Shown piece by piece: positions 39,428-52,487 of a stretch of 64,000 nt of DNA. Under the pieces are notes generated by a model. It searched no databases and was not told the DNA's origin. It saw only the letters and a program-made list of their open reading frames with translations. Every line of letters begins with the position of its first letter. Position 1 is the first letter of the stretch. A program made the translations under genes and the position numbers. Source of the stretch: Lama glama (Eukaryota); assembly GCA_028534125.1 (NCBI GenBank), contig CM052817.1, positions 53,694,001-53,758,000 on the forward strand, read 5' to 3'.

Positions 39428-40229
39428 TTAAATAAAACACAACTCTACAGTCATATGGATCCCTGAGCAGAGGAGGCAGGACTGTAATTGTCGTTCTTTT
39501 GGTAGAGCTGGAAACCCTATGACGTTATAAGGGAGTTGGATCTTCTCTTTCACTCGGAATGTGGAGGACCCCAGAGGATGTTGCATACATGAGACAGGAG
39601 GGAAGGGGGCAGGGCACAACCATTGAAAGAATGACACAGCAGTTAGCACCAAGATGGCAAAGGATTCAACTCCCAGTAGAACTTGAACTTGCATATCCTC
39701 ATCCTCATACAATAGCTGCTAAATGGCACTCCCACAGGTGCCATGACAGTTCCGAGACTGACCGTGAAAAAGTCAAAAGGTGGGTGATGGCCCAATTCCT
39801 GGGAATCCCGGCCCCTTCCCCAGTGTAGTTGGAATAATCCTCCCTCTTGTCAGCATGTGAAGTTGTCCAACCCATGAAAACCAACAACCCTGCGTGGGCT
39901 GGGAGAGCCTCTTTCTCTCCCTCTCCTTTTCTCTTGCCTTCTGAGACAGCCCACACTCTGTCTATGGAGTATGTACCCACTTTTACTTTAAACTGAACAC
40001 CTACCCCCATGCTTCATGGCCTCTCTGTAGCCTACATTCTGTCTATGGAGTATGTATGTATCTCTCTGAATAAATCTACTTTTGCTGCACTATGGCTCGC
40101 TCTTGAATTCTTTCCTGTGCAAAACCAAGAACTGTCACTTGATGACGCTCATCTCAGGGACTCACCTAGGATTTGAGACATGGCCATCCTCTCGCATCCC
40201 ACATTTTTCCTGTATCATACGTACTCCTC
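39428..40229 (-). pseudogene. Candidate ADGRL3 alternative terminal exon interrupted by an LTR (pieces 40218-40229 and 39428-39589)
   Basis: Acceptor tcctgtttttccccaacttcacaaag|GAGG. Deleting LTR 39590-40217 plus one TSD copy gives a phase-1 frame: GGVRMQHPLGSSTFRVKEKIQLPYNVIGFPALPKERQLQSCLLCSGIHMTVELCFI*. Confidence 0.5.
39590..40217 (+). mobile_element. MER41-like ERV1 solo LTR (628 bp)
   Basis: Starts TGAGACAGGA, ends tgtatCA. TSD taca/tacg (one CpG-type difference). Core ccaagatggc...gctaaatggcactcccacaggtgccatgacagtt. AATAAA at ~40069. Confidence 0.85.
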
Positions 40230-41324
40230 CTTTGTGAAGTTGGGGAAAAACAGGATTCACTTTAATTTGCTGTAATTGTATATTTGTATATTTTTCACTT
40301 AGTTTTCCTTCAAATAGTTGTGTGTGTGTGTGTTGGAAGTTAAGATCAGCAATTTATATTTAAATAAAATGCTTTTAATGCAAGGTATAGCTTGGTAAAA
40401 GTCCCTACATTTTTATCTGAAAGACTGTTTCTGACTGGTGGCAGCGTTCCTTTGAAATGTAACTGTTCTTTTATTCAGATGTGTATATGGGGTGGGGGTG
40501 TATTCCTCAGCTCTAAGCCTTCAGGCTCGGTGAGAATAACAGCTTTTCTGGCTATCTCTTGCTAATCCCGGATTAAACCTAATAGCATTTTCATTTCTAC
40601 CCTTTTTTGAGAAAGAGTTTTCATCAAAACCAATTTAATTATCTTTTCAAGGACACGTAAGTGTTTAGAAAAAGTAGTATTTCTCTACTTGAAATTTTCA
40701 GACTTGCTGAGTGAAATTCAGGACATTGGTATAAGAGAAGAGTAAGAAGAACTTAACACTTACTTCTTATTTTTCTAATGTTTACAATTGAGGGTTATTA
40801 AGGAGAGGAGAGAAGTGAATTGTAACTGATGGAAATGTAATATTGATTGAGTTATGGGTTTAATAGCTCCTTTTGATGAGCACTATACTGGTTAGATAGA
40901 AACAGAACTGAGTAAGCATGAACAATGAAGGTGAGTCAGCTGTGCAGCATGGTTTAGATATAAAAGTGTGACATTTACAAGGCTCCTGTCTCAGATGGAC
41001 CAGGTAAGACACAGCGTTGTAAGAAGTGGTTCCATTCCAAGTGTGTTTGTCCAGCATCCCCCTCACATTAGCTTCCGGTAAGGCTTTGCTGCCCTGTTTG
41101 GAGATACGAACAGTTAATGTAGGCTGCTCCAATCACACATAATCCCCTGAGCAAAATCAGTCCAGGGTAAGGATAAGAACCAAGCGTGGTAAATCTGAAT
41201 CCTTCCTTCCTTGTGACTTTTCTGACTAAAATGCCCTTTCATATTTTCATCAACTGTTTTGATTGACAGTCCAAAGCCGCTGCCAAACATGACTCTGTCT
41301 ATAAAAAGTCTGTCCTGCTGCAAC

Positions 41325-41580
41325 AGTAAGAATAGGGAACAGTTCTTAAGCATATATTATGTGTAAGGCACTGTTCTAAACATTTTAACAACATATGATT
41401 TTTAACTCTATTATCCCAGTAACCTTATTTGGTAGATTTTCCCCCTTTTACAGAGGAGGGAACTGAGCTGCAGAGAGGAACTTGCTCATAATCACAAGCC
41501 TAGAAAATGGGGAAGCAGATTTTTAACTCAGGCAGTCTAGTGTCAAAGTCAGGAAACTCAACCACCATAAGATACTGCCT
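41325..41580 (-). mobile_element. MIR
   Basis: ggcactgttctaa; tttacagaggagggaactgag; aactcaggcagtct. Confidence 0.75.
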
Positions 41581-44500
41581 CTTAGTAGGAAAAAAAAAAA
41601 TCGATCACACAGGGAAAAACAGAAATAAGATACAAAGAAAATCTTTACTGCTGTGTTCATTGTCCTGGTTCCTGATTAGCCTCGGCCTCACCCCTTTTTT
41701 CCATGATTAGATGAGTTAATAAATTCCATTAAAATATTTGATGCTTTTTATTTGTTTAGCTTAAGCAAGCTTGAGTAATGGTTCTGTTATTTAAAACCAA
41801 AGGATCCTAAAATACTTTAGTAAGAGAGGAGAAATTAGATATCATGTGAGGCAGACATATTGCAGTAGGAAGGCTTAATCAGGAAAATATTTTTTAAAAA
41901 CCATAATAGAAAATGTACCAATCTGGAAACCTTGGTCTAAGAATTAGCTCCAACATGAATGAGGTATGACATTAAACAATCACATGTTCTCTAGTCCTCA
42001 GTTTACTTATCTGTGAAGTAAAGGGATTGAACTAAATGATTTCAAGGATTCTTGTAGGCCTGCAATTCTGTGAATTTACACTATTCATAGTGGCTTAGAG
42101 TGATGAGTGAAGAAGTCCAGAGAAATGTGTGAAAATGATCTGAAAGAAAAATGTGTTTGAGGGCTGAGACAAAGGTGGGTCTGCGAATACTGAAAGAAAG
42201 AAGGGAAATAAGGTAAGGACTGGCTGATGAGTAAATCTCTAGACTGCGTGAGAGATGATGCTATTGATTTGTACAATGAAGAAACATCAGAAAGATAGAA
42301 ATGACTTTTGTGAAATGTAGAAATAAAAGGGGGAAAAGAGGGAGACCAACATGAGATTCATGGACAGGAAAAGATTAAAAGAAAAGAGATCTCTTATTTC
42401 TGTGAAATTAGTTGGTGTTAAGTCCGCATCTGAGGGAGACTGGTCAGGGATGTGGTCAGATGAAGGTGCTGGTCAGAGAGAGGAGAGGAGGGCTTAGGTA
42501 GAGCTCTGTGAAAGATAATGGGAAAGAAAACCTTTCTAAACATAACCCAGTAGTAACATAGAGCAAATATGAGAAAGAAGTGGAATGAATGATATAATTT
42601 TTCTGCTCTCCTTATAAAATATTTTCTGTCATTACATAACTCAGGTAGTTGAGTTACCACCAAAAAGGAGTTAGGGCTCTGGATTCTTCTAAAATGTGTC
42701 AAATATCTATATTAATAACTTGTCTATAAGAGATGGCATAGAAATTTCCCTGACCATAGTAGACATAAATGATTTATCATGGAATTCTTTCTTAGTAAAC
42801 TTAGATCGAGCCCTCTGAAGACAGTGCTCCAAACAGGCATTATGATTTGATCAGTTGCCATAGAGTAAAAACTATTTGACACCTCTTTACTTTATCCATT
42901 AAAGTGATGTGTTAAGCAGGTAGGTAATTTATAATGTATTCATTCTGCACATTATTGCTAACCATCAAAGGAGAACACTAGTGGGTGTGAGAACCCAACA
43001 GAAGAGGTTGTTTCTGTCTAATGAATGGTTACTTGTTTCTCTCTTACCTTCCATGGAGTCCTCCATCCTGTTCCTGTTTAAGAAAACTTTTAGGAATCAG
43101 TATTAGTTGTTTACTAAAACTTAAAAAGAAGAATGTAAATTGGGTGGCCAACAGAAGCTAAATATCAGCTGGGAATTATATTGAAGACACTTTGTTTACT
43201 ATCTGTTATGCATTTTATATAATAAAAAAGAATATCCTTCATCAACTTACTGCTAATTCTGTGGAATTACGCTTTTACAGTGAGTAGAGTTTTGAACAAC
43301 TGTGACACTGTACTAAATACCGAGTAGATTTATGGTCTGACAATAGTCAAATTTCCAGGGAAAATTTGAAGAGATTTTTGTTCCATGTAAATAATTCCTG
43401 ACATTTATCTGTGAATTCTGCAAGATTTAAAATGAATAATTGACTTCTTTGTATATAATAATATTCATGGACTCTGAAAATGGTGATAGAAACCCAGATA
43501 TTCTGAATAAGAATTTTGGTTCTAGATTTAAATAATGAAAAATATGATTTAATAATCCAGTTGATTTTTATTTAAACAATATATGATTCATCTCTATAAA
43601 CTGGGAAGAACAGCATATTCAGATGATTAACTAGACTCATCTAAAGATAAATTTTCTGTTTTGGTAGTTCCTATACAGCATTCCTGCTTTAAGGAAAAGT
43701 TTTATAACATTTTGAGACTATTTAAACATGATTAATGCAAATACTTATCCAATTTTTATTAAGGTTTACTTTGTGATTCACAGTTCAAACTACACATTAT
43801 GTACCTTTGGGCTTTTAAGACTAACTTATACCTGGACATCACCCAGAGATTCCGATGTAACTGCTATATAGTGGGGTAGGGATGGGCTTTTTATTTATTT
43901 ATTTGTTTAAATACATCCTAGGTGATTTTAATTGAGGCCAGGGCTGAGAAATACTAAGCTAACTATTATACTGATCCTCACAAGAACACATGAAAATAGC
44001 AAGATAAGTTTAATCATCTTCAAACTAAGTAAATAAAATGTAACACAATTATTATGTTTGATATGGATTTGAATTAGTCTTGACTCCTCATCTTGAATGT
44101 GTTGCAGTTTGCATATTCAAAACCAAATATCATTAGTTATTATTTTTAACCTTTTAGGCAATTTATGTATACATAGTTTACAATTATAAAACAGTTAATT
44201 TTAAAATTTCAGATTTTAGAAAAATGGCATGTTACACTTCAGAATGAAAATTAAAAACAAAAGACCATGCTTAAAAAGAAAGTTGGTATTCTTTTTTCAA
44301 TTTAAATCTATTTCTTCTTAGTGTGTTTTCTGCAGTAACAAAATTAATGAAATTCCATTTTCATCAGTTACAGTAGAATGGTAAAGACTTTCTAAGAGCA
44401 TGAGAAATTATTAGCTTTAAGATGTATAAAGTACAAGACAAGGGGCTACTAAGATCTTTCATAATAAACAACGGGTATGTGTCTTGTTTTACATATATAT

Positions 44501-44819
44501 GCAATTACACACAGACACACAGAGTATCCCCCATTCCTGTGTCATTTTTAGCCTAAAATTGTGTAGTAGAACAGTAATGGCTTCAGCTTCAGTACTGCTG
44601 CATTTATTACCAATTTTGAGAATCCACTCTGTATATATATCCAAAAATATGAACAAATCTCTCTCTCGGTAAAATTGAACACAATCTAAAAAATCTGTTT
44701 CTTCTTTCCTATAATATATTCCCTAGTATCTGAAAAGAACCACTTAGGGGGAAAAATCCTCATAGCAAGGCACAGCGTGTTTCTGAAGAAGAGGCAGACA
44801 GTCTAAGGGCCTTGGTACT

Positions 44820-44960
44820 AGGGGCACAGCCACACAGGCAGCCTTGAGAGCTTGTCTGAAATGCAGACTCTCAGACACACCCCAAGACTAAACAAATCAA
44901 AACTTGCATTTTAACAAGGGCCTCCTGTAACACGTTGCACTTTATAAGTGAGAAACATAA
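44820..44960. mobile_element. MER5A-type hAT MITE (a similar fragment lies at ~43830-43960)
   Basis: gagagcttgtctgaaatgcagactctcag...ttgcattttaacaag. Confidence 0.65.
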
Positions 44961-45829
44961 TTGTTGAGTGAAAACTCTTTGTCTCCAGTTGCTGTCACCA
45001 AATGGCTATTTGGTATTAGAAGACAGCAAGCTATACTAAAACAAAGGGATTCTATGATTAGGGCAGAAATGGCATCATCTCATTAATTACTCTTTCTCCA
45101 CCTAAAGATTGGGACTAGACATTTAGTAAAGATACTTTTATAACATTTTATCATGAATTATGAACTCAATTAATATTGAAGGAGTCACACCTCCAGCATT
45201 TCATTGACGTAAAATACTTGGGGGCCGGGCAGGGGAACTCAGTTGTAACAAAAATATTTTGGGCAGTGCTTTCCAAACTGAGTTCCATGGATTAATAGTT
45301 TTAAATTATTGCTCTTCAGATTTCTTGATTTTAGGGCCAAATAAATTTAGGAAACAGCCCAATGTATACTTCTCTTAGACTTTTCAGGGCATTCTCTGAA
45401 TTCTTATAATAAAAAAGCTATTTTACTTTGTTTAGCTTATCTCCCAAATATATTTAAACTCAAAAACATTTTTTTCATTAAATGAGACCTGCTGAAAAAC
45501 AACACACACGGAGTCTATTTAGTATTAACTAAAAATCAGTTTAAGAATTTTCTTGAGGATTTTGTGTGTATCACACAAAATAGCACCTTATGTATCACAT
45601 GCAAATTAGGTATTGTATTTACTTTAGAGATGAGAAGCCCTATTGTTAGAAAAGTAATTTGTTCAAAGGTATAGAATCAGTGACACTTCTCTCTCTCTCT
45701 TTCTCTCAATTGTCTGGAAAAATGGAATTCACTTTTGAGCTCCTTAAAAGCAGGCTTCATGTTTTTTTAACTCCCTTTATTTAAATGAGAGGGGATGGGT
45801 TAACTTCTTTTCAACTAATCATTTAGTTG

Positions 45830-46030
45830 ATGCAGTGCAACATGGTTAAAAAAGAATAAAATGGACTTTAGACTGAGAGATTTTGGTTCAGAACTCACTG
45901 GCTCTGTGACTATGAGATCTGAACTTCAATTTCCTTCATAAAGCAAATATGAAAAAATACATCTCACCATAGGACTGAAAAGATTCAATGAGGCAATGCA
46001 AAGCGTCAGACACAAACGAGGTACTCAGGA
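45830..46030 (+). mobile_element. MIR
   Basis: cactggctctgtgac..ttcaatttccttcat..aagattcaatgag. Confidence 0.55.
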
Positions 46031-46705
46031 GCTAGGGATTTCTCTCCATTTCCTTTTCAGAACAGATCTTATGAAAATGTATTTTCAATATTATAGAGTA
46101 GAGACATCTAAGTTAGAGTTCTCCAGCTGATATTTGTACTTATTTTACTAATGCTAAGAGTTAGTAAACTAAATAATCAGAATCCCTGAAAGTACCGAAT
46201 GATGATTATATAATGCCTATCCTTGTGATCTACAACATAAACAAATATTTGTTGGGCCCTTTATTCAAAAGAAGAATGCACATCACAGCGCAGAGCCCAA
46301 ACTCTCCTTTAGACCACTGGTGACTGACTCTCCTACTCCCAGTTTGAGATGAGGAGAAATAAGTTGATCAGGCAGCAGATTTAAGACTACATTATATCAC
46401 ATCACTGGCAAACTTTAAAAGCAAACAGTAAGTTCTTAATTTAACTTCCTCTCTTCCTAGAAAGAAAAAGTAGACTTATAGATACCTGGGGTGGCAGCAG
46501 TTCTCTGAAAATACAAAGAAGAATGCCTCACATTTTATTTCCAACGTGGGAAGAGGAGGATGTAGGTTATGGGGATAGTAAGAAAATATATTAGGTGTCT
46601 ATGTTTCAATTATTTTCCTGCCATTTGAAACACTGTCTCCAAACCAAAGTTTGGGTACTACCATATAATAAGAGGGACTACATCACTTATTGTTTACTCA
46701 TATTT

Positions 46706-46711
46706 TTTATT
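46706..46711 (-). terminator. Candidate distal polyadenylation signal AATAAA
   Basis: AATAAA on the minus strand near the far edge of a ~6 kb repeat-free block continuous with the 3'UTR. Several other AATAAA hexamers lie in the block, so this one is not unique. Confidence 0.35.
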
Positions 46712-49700
46712 GAGGTTTGTAGCTCATAACTTTACATGTGATTGTACAGAGCATTTAAGGGGGAAAAAAGGTTGGAAAGGTTGTACAAGGGAAAAAAATC
46801 CAATAGATTAATTTTTGTGGGTATATGATAAGAACAATGCCTTGTGTAAATATATGAGAATGTAAGAACCCAAAGCCTGCGATAGCTATATTCTTGTTCC
46901 TAAAAAGTGACTTTCCTTATCAATGAGAAATAGCTTAACTAGTTGTTGGTTTTTAAAATAAACTGTCATTTTTTAAAAAGATGTATTTTGAATTAGATTT
47001 AATGCTCGGTAAGTAGGAAAACAGGATGAAAACCTTTTCCAAATTATGTTTCCACTTTCCAACACATTCACAGAGGCCATTAAGGGAAATCAAGCTGACT
47101 CTACAGTTCCTGACTTTGTCGTTCATAGGCAAAGAACAGTGTTAGAACATACAAAGAAGGCTTGTTTATAAATGAATACATTCTGATTGTCCATGGCTGT
47201 TTCAAGACAGATCACCTTTTATTATGTAGGATGGTAAAGAAAATCTTTTTCAAATGAGGCATGAAAACCAACTTTGAATGTTTTCCCCTCATCTCTCTTG
47301 ATTCATAATGTCATTCAGAAAATAAGACACTGACAAGTTGAAATCCAAGGCATTAAACAATGCTCTAGAGGACAAGGCAGTGGTCAGCATGAGAGGACAC
47401 TGTCCTGCTCACTATATCCTGAGTTCCATCCCCAAAGACCCTACCTACTATTAAAGAGTCAATTGACATTCATGAATTTTGCCAAACATTTTTTGAGGTC
47501 AACCAATACATTTCACTTTTGAAGCCAGGACTGTTTTGCCAGTTTCACCTACAGAAGAATCTGAGAAAATTTTCACTTTTAGAAAGCTACTTTGGGTATG
47601 GATTTTGAACATATTTCCTCGCCAGTGTATTGTGAAATCCTGCAGTCTTGGGCCATTGAGACAAACTTAACTCCTTTAAAATTTAAAATCCTCAAATGTT
47701 GGACTAACTGTAAATCTTTAATAACCTCTCCCTCAGAGCACAGAGTTGGGACCTTCTCATTTCAAAATTATTCATACTGAATGACAATGTTTACCTAAGT
47801 TAGATCCTTAGAAGTCAGCTTTACTTTCCTCTTCTTTTCAAGGTCTTTCCTTTAGCACTCTAGAATGAAAGAAGCATTGGGAAAACTTGTAGACACATTT
47901 GGATTATGGAGTACCTTGATAACACGTCATGTGTACAACTGTCTGCAGAATTTTATGAATTGACTACAGTAATTGAAGAGAGAGAACAACTTGAGAGTAA
48001 TACTTTCAGCAGTGTAATTATTTGTTCAGTCTCAAAGTAATATTCATATATATAATGAATTATCCTATAATATGAATATTGCTTGGTTATGAATTATTTT
48101 GTACAATGTACATAATTCCAATTTAATATTAATTTCTTGTTTATTAGAGTCATAATAAAGCCCTAAAAGGTACAAATCTACTCGTAGCATTAACTGTGTT
48201 GGCGTACAATAGAGTAAGCAGATTAGAGCGTGAAAGTGAATTGAGGCAAAAATACTTATATAAGAAACATTTATAAAATAGTCATGTTTCCTTCAGACAA
48301 GGTGTAGCTAGACAAGAAATACATAAAGAATGTTAGAAGTGTTTAGTATTTCCTGTGGAAACCGCAGGTTAAAATTATAATATGATAAACTTCAATTTCA
48401 TTTTTTTCAACACATCAATAGCATTTGGTACAATATGTAAGGTTTTTATCACTCTAAGTAATTTCATTATTTTTCCTGGGTAATTTATCTCTGTATCTCT
48501 AATTGAGGGCCAGCTACCTCACCATCAATTTGCCAACGTGGTTCTGTTCTTCTGTTCATATCGTGATGGGAAACTGCTTTATCCCATTAGAGGTTTTTTT
48601 CTTGTATTGCCTTTCTTGACTTCTTCATATAAAAGTTCTCCTTTCACTTGCCTTCTTAAACATCATAGTTTCTATTTACCTTTAAAGTTTTCTGATGGGA
48701 CACAAACTAAGAAAAACTTGCATGACATACTGTTTAGAGAGAAAAAGAAATATCAAACTAGCTGAAATCAAGACATTTGAATAAGAACTTAAAGGTGTTA
48801 GATGTTAAAGAAGGTTAACTTAATTTTTTTGAAAAGAGGGAATAACAGTAACTTTATTTCAAATGAGAATACACAAAATCATAATAACTACCAGTTTTAT
48901 TGGAAAAATCGCAAAGTTCGCAATATTGTGAACAAGCTATTTTTGCTCTGTAAGCTGTAAATGAAAAGAATGGGGTATGTGAGTCTGTGCACAGGTGAAA
49001 GCTGAAGACTGATTTCCCTTTTAAAGCAGAGAGGAAGTAGTCAGGTTAACTAGTAAATAGGAAATATTCCTCTTACGGCCTAAGCAGGAAAGAAGCAGCT
49101 ACCAACACTTTAGCTTCTAGTCTAGACATGAAAATTTAGATATTTAGCAATATTTTTCAGACGGTTAAAGGACCTACTTGCTGATTACAGAATTGAATTT
49201 ACAGTTGGGATCCATCAAATCTATTTTATAAGCTCAAAGAAGCATCTCATATAGAACCCATTAGCATAAGAATGTTTCCATAAGCTATTTTGCAACATTG
49301 CTGCTTCACTCTTGTGCTTCCATGTTCCTGATGTATTGATGTGCAGAAATATAACATAAGATATATTTAAAGTATTACTTAAAATGCATAATAATTATTT
49401 ATGTGGTGAGTTATAATTTATGAATTACTAAACATGAACTAATTAATTCTTAAGAGCTTGATACTATGATATACTGGGAAGGAAATATATATTGTTATTT
49501 TATCTCAAATATTTTTGTTAGAGAAGAAAAGACATTCTTGACAGTATTTTCAGAATTGCTCAAAATCAAATTAGGGCTTGGGTTCTTTCTTTCCTCTCTG
49601 TTGAAATTTCTCTATTTGAATTGACTGCAGAGTAGTTTTTGGTTTTTTGAAAAATGCCCCGCAGCAGTGGTACTTTGGTACCATACTGATGGACAGCTTC

Positions 49701-52481
49701 TAAAAGTGAATTATTCTTTCACTAATAGGAGGCAATAATTGATTAGTTTGAAGTTGATCTTTAGACAACCCAGAAGAATATTTCCCTCTCCCTTTTGGTT
49801 TCAGTAATAAAGCAGAAAATTAGACTTTGAAGTTTTTAATGTTTTTTTTTTTTTTAAGTAAGCAAACTAGTCAATGGGTTTGAACACATGTGGGGAAAAA
49901 GCTGAAGATAGTGCCTAAATTTAAGTCTACGGATCCTTCATAAATATTACTAATTCACTGTATGCTTATCTCCATTATTATGAAAATTTGTCATACCAAG
50001 TTAATATTGAAAAATTAAAAAATAAAATCTTAAAGACTTTTCATCACTACATCAACATTTTTAGATTAATGGGGATTTTTAAAACTACGTTTTAATTTAA
50101 GAGCCATTGTGAATTTGTATTACAGGAAGTTAAGGGGTTTCCATTATCTGCATTTGATTACTACATTTTCCAGACTATTTTTATTTCAAGATAATTGTTC
50201 TCATGTCAGTTCTTTTTTGTCATTATGATTATTTTAGCATGGCAATTTATTATTCAACTATAGTATTTTTAATTTTAATAGAGTAGAAACAAAAAGGGCT
50301 GCTGAAAAAAATTAATTGAAATTCTAGCCTATTTCTCCTTCACAAAATTTAGCTTTCTCCATAAATACTATCAATTAGAAACATGGGCTGTGCAACAATC
50401 CAGCAGTTTCTGAATCAACTAAACATGAGGTCTGTTAGCTAGTGTCCTTATAAAGTATCATGTGAAATAGACCTCAAAGAGGAAAAAAGGTTTCAAGTGT
50501 AAAATGTTATGAAAATATTATTTTACTTGGAAATAACAACTTGTTTGTTTCATTGGCATAACTTTTCTATTCAAATAACGTGCTATATATGAATAGTATA
50601 TTTGATGAAAGTTTACTTCGTAACAGAAAATCAGATAAACACATCAGAAATATGCAAATAAGTAGGTCATCAATGTCCCAGGGTACTGAAAATATAGTCA
50701 ATCAAGGATGGTAAAAACAAGAACATTTTTAAATTATTAATTTATCAATTGCTGCACATGAAAACGCATGTGAAAAAGATTCAAGTTCAGGAAATCAACC
50801 CTTGCTAGTGTAAAAAGGACATCAATACATGTTAGGTATGCACAGATTTCTGTTGAAATGTATACCTAATTAACTTCTTTGTCCACTGTTCTGTTTTCAT
50901 TATAGTCACACTGAACTTGGGGGAACAATCTCTTCCTGTGAAAATCTTTAGGATCATAAGTCTCTCTGAAAGCACACCAATTATGATGCGTGAGAGTTAA
51001 AAAAAAATCTCACCCTTTCATCCTGATGTAAGAGCGTAGTAGTAATTGACAGGACTGAATGGCTTTCTGCACCAGTTTATGCATTCAGGTGATTTTCTTC
51101 AGCGTGGACTATGGAGAGCTGGGGAGGCTATCTGCTTCAACTTTCCATATAATGAAACATAAAAGATAATGGGCAGGGAGGTAGCAGTATCAGAAAATCA
51201 GAATCGGCAGCATCAGCAAGCTGAACTGAGGTAGTTTCCCCATTGTTCTGTGAAACTAACTTCTTATTGATGGAGCTGCTTCCATATAGATTACTGTTGG
51301 ATTGGCAAAACAAGCATAAGTATTTATAATCCACAGACTACGTTTGTGTTTCTGAAGTTACCTTAAACTTGTCTAAAAAAAGATTCTTTCATTACCAAAT
51401 GTCTTCTATGTAACAGACAGGCTAACCCACCTTTCAGCGCTAATATTGCCATATGTAGTATGAGAAAACCTATTACTATTAAAGCTTGTGGTTCTCCTGT
51501 AACTTAAAAAAAAAAAACCCAAACACTGTAGACTTAAAAAATACTTATGTCAAGTGACTAAAAAGGAATGATACATAAGATATTTTGCGGTGATATTAAG
51601 GTTATGATGTACTCTGGCCCTGCTTGGAAGTTTTTCTTTTGTCAAATATTTTAAAACTGTCTACGTAGATTACTGGTTATTCTCTAAACTACTCCTTCTC
51701 ATCTTAATTTAAGAAATTAATTTATAGATGGATGGTGTTTGGATTTTTAGAAAAAATAAAGAAAAAGAAACTGCCAAGATACCACATAACATAAGAGAAA
51801 TTATGATTTGGCAAATGCATTCTAACTTTGCCCCACGAGAGTCTCCATGCTTGGACACTGCTGGTAAAGATTCTTCAGTAACTGGAGATCCAGAAAGTTT
51901 CTTTGAAAGGACTTTTCCCCTCCCATTTTATTCATATATAGAACAACAAAAAAATAATCATAGAAGTGTCTTATACTATCTGTATAAAATGAATATTCTC
52001 TTTGCCATGATTCTTGCAGCTTTTAGCCAATTGAGTGAATTTAAATTTCCAACAACAAAGTGAAGCTTATAAGGGAGGAAAAACATATGATCCACCCTTC
52101 CCCAATTCAATACTCAAATTTTTCTATGACTGAAGCTGACTTTCATAATAAGCAGTGTGACTGCAGCTGGTTTATAAATAAGCACATAGTAACCTATACA
52201 TTAATCTGCTTGAAAGTAAGTTATGCATCTTATTTCAGCCAACATAAACATGCCCATCCCATTTTTTCTGGATTATTTTGTCCGCAAAAACTGTATAATT
52301 TTGTGCTTAGTCTATTCATCTAGGCAGATTGATTTCTTTTGCATGGCTCATTTGGGCCACAGAGGATTAGCAAAGCTTATATATTGAAAACAGAAGGAAA
52401 GAAAGGCGAGAAAAATGAAAAGGAATAATTAATCATATAGTACATACATCAATACAATATCCTCTAAATCTCAATCAGTTG

Positions 52482-52487
52482 TTTATT
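52482..52487 (-). terminator. Proximal polyadenylation signal AATAAA
   Basis: Minus strand reads ccaaccAATAAAcaactgattgagatttagaggatattgt, followed by GT-rich attgatgtatgtac. Confidence 0.6.
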
